DNA of 64,000 nucleotides from Veleropilina oligotropha (Eukaryota): NCBI GenBank assembly GCA_048128005.1, contig JBEUKZ010000127.1, positions 310,001 to 374,000 of the forward strand, read 5' to 3'. Shown piece by piece: positions 51,375 to 64,000 of this stretch (position 1 is its first letter; each line of letters starts with the position of its first letter). The notes under the pieces were generated by a model. It saw only the letters and a program-made list of their open reading frames with translations, ran no database searches and was not told where the DNA came from. The position numbers and the translations under genes were made by a program.

Positions 51375-53754
51375 ATGAAGCTAATTATATTCGTATGTGT
51401 GCTGATGTCGGTGAAGACAGGTAATGTAATGTCGTTACATGATGCCAAATTATAGTAGTTTTGTTTCCAGGAGATACACGATACTGTCATTTATTTTCAT
51501 GGACTACAAATCGCAATAAGAAGTACAGTTCATAATAAAAACAATAGAGTGAAATTAGATAAACATATTGCATTGACATAATTATGTACGAAATCATTTA
51601 TAAAACAAGAATTTTTCATAAAAAGATTAAATTGTCAATTGAATTAAGTATATAGGTCTACTGTGCATTTTCCCTACACCCTGGCTGACCCGACATACTT
51701 TTAATTTTAAACGCCTGCTTATTATGGCGTTCTCTGAACACGATGATGAAATAATGTTTGCTCAGTAATTAATAGTAAGTTATAGCATACAAATTAACGC
51801 TATATATAGAAGTTGGACGAAAACTTTGAGAATTATGGATCAGGCCCCCACTCATTTAATATAGGTGTTTATAAGTAACATTTTAATGAAATTTATATTT
51901 GTTAAAAATAATATCCATTTCAGTATGGTCAACATTATCTGTATTAGAGTGTGCCCATTTGTGTGAAATTACGCGTTGCTACTCCCCTGTTTGCGGCACG
52001 GATGGACATACCTATGCAACCAAGTGCGAACTGCAACACTACAACTGTCGGTTGGTATTTTAATTGGATATTGTTAGTATCATAATATAATTGTAACAAT
52101 GTTATTTAGCAAAATAGTCACTTCTACTTCTTTCGACTGTCCATTACACATCATAGCGTTGAACTGTTTTTATAAAGCTATGAATCCATTATGTGGGTTT
52201 CACGTCAACCGTACTTTGTATTCATCGGATACTATATAATTCAATTAGGCCGATTTCATGTGTGCGTACTCAATTCGCATCATCATGTTAGATTCTCAAC
52301 AATAGATATGAATACTGAAAATTGAGATTATGACTTGTGCAGAACATGTTATAACTGTGATACTGCAGTTTTGATCTATAATAACGGAGATATCGGTGAG
52401 TTAGATAACATATATACTGTTCATACAATATAAACTAGACCAAAAATAAAATACCCAAAACGTAATGGTTTACTTTTCCCGAAGTGGCATTTGATCGTAA
52501 TATAACTTCACTTTCATGTTCTAAATGCATATGTTTATGTGGCCGCACCGGTAGTCGTGTGGTATCGAATACCAAGTGGCTTAGTTGATTAACAGAAGTG
52601 GATTAGGATCTCGGTGAGGGCATGACATTCTTTGTTCAGTTGTCAATCGCAGTTGTCTGTAATTGGCCGGAGAGGGCGGGTTTACCGGTGACCGGGTTTA
52701 CCGGTGACCGGGCTAACCTCTTGAGATAATATGGACATGTTCTGCTTCGAACCTAAAGGTTGTAAAAATACTGGACATTAGGCATCGTTCCAATCCATCC
52801 ATCTGTTCATAAGCATACATTTACTGATATTACTTGATGTTAAACGCATGCGATGAAGTTGTCTCTGGACATCTTTGTGTTGGACATATTTTGGTGTACT
52901 GCTTTCTCTTGACATTCGGTATTATATTGTGGTTGAAAGTTACATGTTTAAAATTAAAATCCATGTCGTGAAAGAACTTTACGCAACGCACATATTCAAT
53001 TAATAGTGCGTATTCCTGATTTAATATGCGAAATAGAGCGTTATGAAACTAGTTATACATTATATATATCTGAGTTACACTTTTTAAGTCCATGGATTAC
53101 TACTTTCGATACCAAATATTACAGAAACCTAATGAGTGTCCTGGTGTCACATAAAGGACCCTGCGTTTCACTTTCCGAAGATGGAATAAAACAGGTAACT
53201 GTTATTTTACATCTGTACGGATTGCAACGATAGTGGTAAAAAATGTTGCATGTGTTGTTATGATACGATAAATATTAACAAATATGTTTCATTTTGTTAC
53301 AATATGCTCTTGCGTTTGAATGCGGACTTGTGGTAGATAATAAATGGTCTGTTTCTAGTTTCACTCTTTGATCGCAATCTTACTTTGAATCGGAGTCTTG
53401 CTGGACATTTATGTGCTCTACAAAATATATGGTATCTTCAAATAAACATGTTAAGTAGGTGATGACAGCGTTGTCACGTAAGCTATAAATAGTAGCCAGA
53501 AAAAATAATGCATGCTTATTAAGTTATTCACGTTCATACGTGCATATTCAATACCATTGAAATTTACAAAGATCGAGCCCTGGTGAACATTGTTATTCGT
53601 AAGCACAATGGCCAACATAATACAGAATGTGCTAACCAAAAATTAATAATCGATTCAATATTTTATAATTATTTAATAAAGTTTGTCCACGTTTTTCATT
53701 GCTTTTCAGAATACAAAGAAGACAACACGACGAACGATAAGATGTGGTGACTAG
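51375..53754 (+). CDS. Secreted Kazal-type protease-inhibitor-like protein C (~95 aa, 4 exons)
   Basis: Exons 51375-51420, 51924-52050, 53125-53194, 53710-53754 (same phases as gene A; exon 3 also 70 nt) give MKLIIFVCVLMSVKTVWSTLSVLECAHLCEITRCYSPVCGTDGHTYATKCELQHYNCRNLMSVLVSHKGPCVSLSEDGIKQNTKKTTRRTIRCGD*. Last exon is less certain. Confidence 0.8.
52540..52803 (+). mobile_element. SINE family A copy (intron of Kazal gene C)
   Basis: GGCCGCACCGGTAGTCGTGTGGT head, GAGGGCGGGTTTACCGG core, GGACATTAGGCATCG and (TCCA)n tail. Confidence 0.7.
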
Positions 53755-54249
53755 CTGTACCTCGGCACATATCTGTTGATCCATTAATTCATTAATTTTC
53801 TTTTTGTTAACCAGCTGTTCTCTACTTTTGCTCAATGAGTAAACATCAACATCAAATCGTTTTAAAAAATAAGTTCAAATACGCTTGAAAATTTAATGAT
53901 GCTTGATTGGGATAATTTGGGTTGCTTAACAAATTTTGTTTTTAATTTACTGAGGTAGGCTAAATCAATAACATAGGGGTCCAAAGTCTGTAACAAAGTC
54001 AATGTCGTGTTTGCTCATATTATAAAACGTCTGGCACAGTCGTCTCATGAAGCACACCAGAATGCTAAAAATGATTACTCGTACCAACGCCCGAGTCAAA
54101 TTCTGCCACTATCTGAGGTTGAATTGGCAAACCACGTACTCCTACACTTCTAATTGGCGCCCGGGTGCTAAACAATTTCAGGTAGCTCGTAGAATCGGCG
54201 CCTATTAGAGGCTGGTTTGCCAAATCTAGAGGAGATAAAAAAGACAAAA

Positions 54250-57010
54250 AAGTGCTAAAAATTATCTTTACAAATGCACAAAGTGTGATGAATAAACAAG
54301 GGGAACTAGAAACACTAATCGATGTACACAATCCATATGTGTTGGGAGTTACCAAATCGTGGACAAATAGTAACATAAAGGATGCCGAATAAAATGTAGT
54401 GGGTTACACATTATACAGAGAGGATAGAACAGATACGTTAAATGGCAGAGGCGTATGAGTATTACTATACATCAAAGATGAACTAAATTCTGTTTCTCGC
54501 GATGATTTTAAAATAAACTCTTTTCGAAATTCAGTTTGGTGTGAAATTATGGCCAGATATAAAAAAGATTTCACAATTGTAGGTATTGTTTACCGTTCGC
54601 CAAATAGCACTGAAGAGAATGTGGCTAACGTAAACAGTACATTGGAAAATGTGAGTAAATCTATGGTCAACGTATTAGTGACTGGAAACTTTAAATACCC
54701 AGATATAAATTGGAACAATTTGCATGGTGGGAAAGCATGAACAAATTTTTTAACAACAATGCAAAATTGATTCATGCACCAACATGTGGATTTCTCGACT
54801 AGAGGCAAGAATGTATTAGACTTAGTGTTTTCCAGTGAGGTAAGTATGGTGGAAAACATTAACAAATTTGGGAAATTTGGAGCAGCGATCATGATTTGAT
54901 TGAATATCAGCTACACACAAAAACAACTGTGAAAACTAGCAAACAAGAAATACCAGATTCTCGAAAAACAGACTTTGACAAAATAAAAATAGATCTCCGA
55001 AATATAAACTGGGAGGGAACTGAAATCCTAAATGTTAAAGAATGTTGGGAAACTTTTCGAAAGAACATAGGCGAAATAATGAAAAGAAAATTAATGTTCC
55101 ATTAAAGTGTAGACGCAAAAAGCTTTCACCACCATGGTTAACCAGAAAAGTCAGAAAAATTATAAGAAGGAAATATGAACGTTGGAAACAATATACATCG
55201 AGAGTCACATGACACGGATGACCATACAAAAATATAAAGAATGTGAGAAAGAAAGTAAAAAAGAAATCCGTGCAGCCAAAAACGCTTTTTTAGAAAATCT
55301 TGCAAAAAACATCAAGAAACCCCCAAATCTTTTAATGCTTACATTAGGTCAAACAAAAAAACAAGATGTCGTAGGTCCCCTGAACGATGAAAATGGAAAT
55401 GTAGTATCCGATGATGCACAACTCTCAGAGTCTCTAAACAAATATTTACATCTGTATATACGCTAGAGGATACGGTAAACATTCCACCGGTAAAACATAT
55501 TTTTGAAGACCATGCAAATGTATATGAAAGTATTAAATTACTACTAAAATGGTTGAAAAAAGATAAGCTTACTAAATGTCAGTAAAGCTCCAGGTCCCGA
55601 CAGCATATATCTCAAATTGCTAAAAGCCTGTTAAGATGAATTAGTAAAGTCATTAACCTTGATATTCAATAAATCTCTACAAGAAGGCAGCTTGCCTGAT
55701 GACTGGAAATATTACCCTAATCTTTAAAAAGGGAAATACCCAAAATTATCCACCTGTTAGTCTGACATCAATAGTAGGCAAAATAATAGAATCTATCTTA
55801 AAGGATGCTATCATAAAAACACATAAATAAATTTGGCTCACTAAACCATAGTCAGCATGGGTTTATGGAGAAAATATCTTGTTTAACCAACTTACTAGAA
55901 TTTCTGCAATTGACACAGGCAAACCAGTTCATATCATATATCTTGATTTTTAAAAGGCAATCGATAAAGTACCACATAAATGACTATTACAAAAATTAAA
56001 GGCCCAATACTAAATTGGATAGAAAAGTGGCAAGAATTTAGAAAACAGAGGGTTGTAATAAATAGGATTAAGTCAAAGTGGAAACCGGTATTAAGTGGTG
56101 ACCCACGGGGTTCTGTATTGGGACCATTGTTGTTTATCATATATTTAAATGACATTGATGACGTCATTACATCTCTAGTAAAAAAGTTCGTAGACGATAC
56201 CAAATTGTACAGAATTACCAAAGTGAAGAAGATGCAAAGAAACTTCAGACTTACATAAATAATGTGGTAAAGTGGTCTGATACTTTTCAACACCAGTAAA
56301 TGTAAATTAATGCATGTGGGCTATAACAACAATACCTATACTTATGAAATGGGTTCAGAAACTTTAGAAGAAGTGGAAAAAGCAACAGATTTGGGTGCAT
56401 GGGTAGACAGGACATTTAAACCATCAAATTAATGTGCAGGATCAGCCAAAAAGGGAAGTCAAATATTGGGAATGATAAAGAGAAACTTTACTTGTAAATC
56501 TAAAGCCATCATAACACGCCTATAGATACAAACAAATGGTTATACCGCATTTATAATATGCAATGCAAGCATGGTGTCCATATCTGGCAAAGGACATCAT
56601 AATTCTAGAGCAAGTCCAAAGAAGAGTCACAAAATTGATAGGTGAATTGGGGGAATTACCATATGATGACAGACTAAAAGCACTCAACCTTACAACATTA
56701 TCTTTGAGAAGGATAAGGGGTGATATGATTCAGGTGTTAAAAATGTTTACAGGTAAAGACAACTTTGATAATAGTTTCTACTTTCAGATGAACCAAAGGC
56801 ATATCAGGGAGAATCGATACAATATTTACAAAACGATTTTGACTAGACGTTAGAAAACACTTTTTCTCAAATCGGGTTGTCGATGAATGGAATAATCTTC
56901 CTAATAATCTAGTGGAATCGACATCTCTAAACCATTTAAAAATCGCATAGATGAGTATTTCACGAAACAGGGCAGGTTATAGATGACAAGACACCTACAA
57001 TGGGTTTTTA
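54250..57010 (+). mobile_element. CR1-clade LINE, near full-length ORF2 (endonuclease plus RT), heavily degraded
   Basis: LKIIFTNAQSVMNK, VGIVYRSPNS, GNFKYPDINW, SDHD, KAPGPD, SGDPRGSVLGPLLFIIYLND, FVDDTK, LEQVQRRVTKLI, RRIRGDMI, spread across many stops and frameshifts. Confidence 0.9.
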
Positions 57011-58724
57011 TATGAGTGGCAGTAATGCGCTTCTAAACCCAAACAAATTATATTTAAATCTATTTATTAGAGGCCCGGCGTCTATTTGAGACCGGCGCTT
57101 ATTAGAGGCACAGGACCCATTAATTTCGGTCATGAGTAGACAACGTAGCATTAAGGAAACTGTCAAAGAACATGTATCCTTCAGGTTCGCCACCAAAATG
57201 AAAAGCAGAGTACTGCGATATATACCCTGGTGGCCATTCTACAGAAGAGACAAAATCCTTTTCCATAAGCTATCCAGTTCCGGATGAAGTCGAAACTTGC
57301 TTTGGTTTTGAGGAGAAAGACTGTCAAACCATTTGAATGGTTTTGAGGAGAAAGACTGTCAAACCATTTGACAGCGAGCAATATGCCAAAATTAACTTGT
57401 CGTATCCGAGTGGTTGAATACGAAATCCCCCAAAAGAACTATGGCCTTCTGTACAGTCTGCAATCATAAAATTGTACATTGCAATTTGTACTTAATAATA
57501 ATGACATGTACATATATGGTCTTATATATATTTACCACATGAATACTGTGTTCGAGAATCTAACCATTAGATGCACCAAATATGTGATGATGATATTTGA
57601 GTATGTTTAAATAATGTGAATGAAACCAAATCACTATCAATGCATCAAGCAACATTAATGAGCGAATATTAAAATAACTGTTATTTCTTCTAAACATTCA
57701 TTGAACTATATTTCTAATACATTCTCATAAATTATATCGTAATAATTATGTAAGCAAACACGTTATTTCCCAGTATTTTTTCCCAATGCAATTCGACAAA
57801 ATTGGACAGCGCTAACTTATATTTATGTCTGTAAGGACAAGTATAAGGTTGAACTGTAAATTTTGCTAATGGTTTATTTATCGAGTAATGATATAAAAAG
57901 AATATTAAACTCTGTCCCATTTCGTATGCAATTTATGTAACTGGTGATGGGAGTTTTTATTTCAGCTCGTGAAATAAAGACTACTATCAGTCGGTACATA
58001 ATTAAATGTGACATGAAATTGAATCTCGTTTAATATCCTCTATATATAGTATCCAGACATATAGATATCTTGTGTTTGTTTATGATGTATCGTCATACGT
58101 TTATACTCTTTCGGTGATATTTCATAGTCAAAATAAAAACAAAAATCCTCGAAAAATTACCCCTCATCAGACGTTGACAGTTGCGTCCAGCAGATCCTTC
58201 CGTACAGCTTCACTTTCTCTCGTTAAATGTGCCCCCATCTTCACATGGATTGGCCTGAAAATTAAATATGTAAATACAGATATCGTACTTCCAGGTCGTC
58301 TTGCAAAAACATTACCAAGAAGTCCTCGAGGTTGGACATGTTGTAACTCTGCGTGTGTTGTTTTGTTAGAAACGTTAATGAAATGCCAGGAAATTCGATC
58401 ATATATAATATTTATATGCCTAATATCGCAATTCACGGTATGACAACAAGTCAATGTAATCGGCCTGTCTGGTGTCATCGCCTACAGTTATGACCTTGTT
58501 ACCATTAGCGACATTCGGGCTACTAATTTGGTCGTCTCTCATAACGTAAGACACCTGAATATAACAGCGTCATCGTCGGAATGTTGTGAAGTTCCATAGA
58601 AAAACTGTTTGTTGTTATATACCCCATATCTCGTGACTGATGATGAATGCGCCAGAATTCCGTTTCGCTAATATGTTGTTGGCATGCTATTATTTACTGG
58701 TAGACTGGAATCCGTTTTAACATA

Positions 58725-59460
58725 ACGACAAGAATTCCACGGAAGTGGATGTGTCGCCTACGGGGTCCGACGTTATTCTTGAAGGAATACACTGAGTTTC
58801 ACGAAACTGCCCAAGAATCCATATTTTCTTAATTCCTTAAAGAAATAACATATAATTGAATTGGATCAATGGATGGCTTGCTTTCCATACATTGAATACA
58901 CTTTTAATTATTAAAGGACGAGCATTTCGGGTGACAAAATCCAAGATGGCCACTGGCGGCTATCTTGAACATCTGAACTGGTTGAAAATCGAACTTAGGC
59001 GGTAAATTGATGCCACAAGTAAGTGTAGAAAGTTTCATGAAAATAAAAGCATTCCTTCAAATGCTATCGCACGGAAACAACTTCGGGTGACAAATCCAAG
59101 ATGGCCACTGGCGGCCATCTTGAACATCGGAACTGGTTGATAATGGAACTTAGGTGGTGGATTGATGCCACAAGTAAATGTGTAAAGTTTCATGAAAATC
59201 AAAGCATTCCTTCAAAAGTTATCGCACGGAAACCACTTCGGGTGGCAAAATCCAAGATGGCCACTGGCGGTCATCTTGAACATCGGAACTGGTTGAAAAT
59301 CGAACTTAGTTGGTGAATTGATGCCACAAGTAAGTGTAGGAAGTTTCATGAAAATCAAAGCAATCTTTCAAAAGTTATCGCACGGAAACCATTGTCCGGA
59401 CGACGCCAACGACGACGCGGACGACGATGCCGCCATAGTGATCCCTTTATGACAGTATAT
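58725..59460 (-). mobile_element. HINE-like element with three ~155-bp core repeats
   Basis: CCAAGATGGCCACTGGCGG(C/T)(C/T)ATCTTG hairpin core at 58941, 59096 and 59252; (GAC)n-like microsatellite at 59398-59430; short terminal hairpin at ~58735-58750. Confidence 0.6.
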
Positions 59461-59527
59461 TGTAGCAAAATATATACAATAAAGATTACACCATATCATC
59501 ATGGATGTGGTTTTTGTGCGCAAAGTC

Positions 59528-59704
59528 AATTATAATACTCGACACCCATTCGTTGTTTTAGATATCGGGACAGATTGGATGTATTGCTTCCATGTCAATC
59601 ACACACGTGCGCTGGCTGCGTACTCGTAAGATGACATGGAAGCAATACATCCAATTTAACAGTTCCGATATCTAAAAGAACGAATGGTGTCTCGTACTAT
59701 AATT
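59528..59704. repeat. ~180-bp imperfect palindrome (hairpin element)
   Basis: CCATTCGTT...TTTAGATATCGG...ATTGGATGTATTGCTTCCATGTCA is mirrored by TGACATGGAAGCAATACATCCAAT...CCGATATCTAAAA...AACGAATGG. Confidence 0.85.
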
Positions 59705-59932
59705 ATTACATATATGCATCTGTATACTACAATCTGCTTAGGTCCCAATAACACAACTCTTTACAATATACGTAAAACAATATGGATGCCTGTCTCTTTA
59801 ACATTATATCTTCCTGAAATTCGACCGATAGTCACAAAGGCACAGTACCACAATGAAGATTTCTTGACCATGATTCTAATAAGAAATACTTCAACTAACT
59901 GTATAGCAATGTCTCAAAATGCGGAAGAGTGT

Positions 59933-64000
<4,068 letters not shown>

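Noticed and set aside
57966..57977. Alternative last exon (LVK*) for Kazal gene C beyond the CR1
   Set aside because: The nearer acceptor at 53709 gives a tail with the RC motif matching gene A, so it is preferred. The distal exon cannot be excluded without transcripts.

Overview
AT-rich eukaryotic genomic DNA with spliceosomal GT-AG introns. The repeat repertoire suggests an invertebrate, probably a lophotrochozoan (inference). Host genes: a complete 10-exon membrane dipeptidase (peptidase M19/DPEP-like, minus strand, 7317-16333), a C2H2 zinc-finger gene with one coding exon (26138-27943), and a tandem cluster of three small secreted Kazal-like genes (two apparently intact, one pseudogene; 39591-53754) with an unusual 8-cysteine pattern. 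Much of the rest is mobile or repetitive DNA: the 3' end of a DIRS tyrosine-recombinase retrotransposon with its ICR/ITR, L2- and CR1-type LINEs, a near-intact Tc1 (DD34E), several tRNA-derived SINE families, MITE/foldback and HINE-like elements, and minisatellites. The most unusual feature is at the right end. A ~300-bp (TA)n tract leads directly into at least 13 almost identical 287-bp units. Each unit carries a non-canonical tRNA-like sequence with perfect Pol III A and B boxes, set inside nested inverted repeats. All coordinates were read by eye; no database searches were run.
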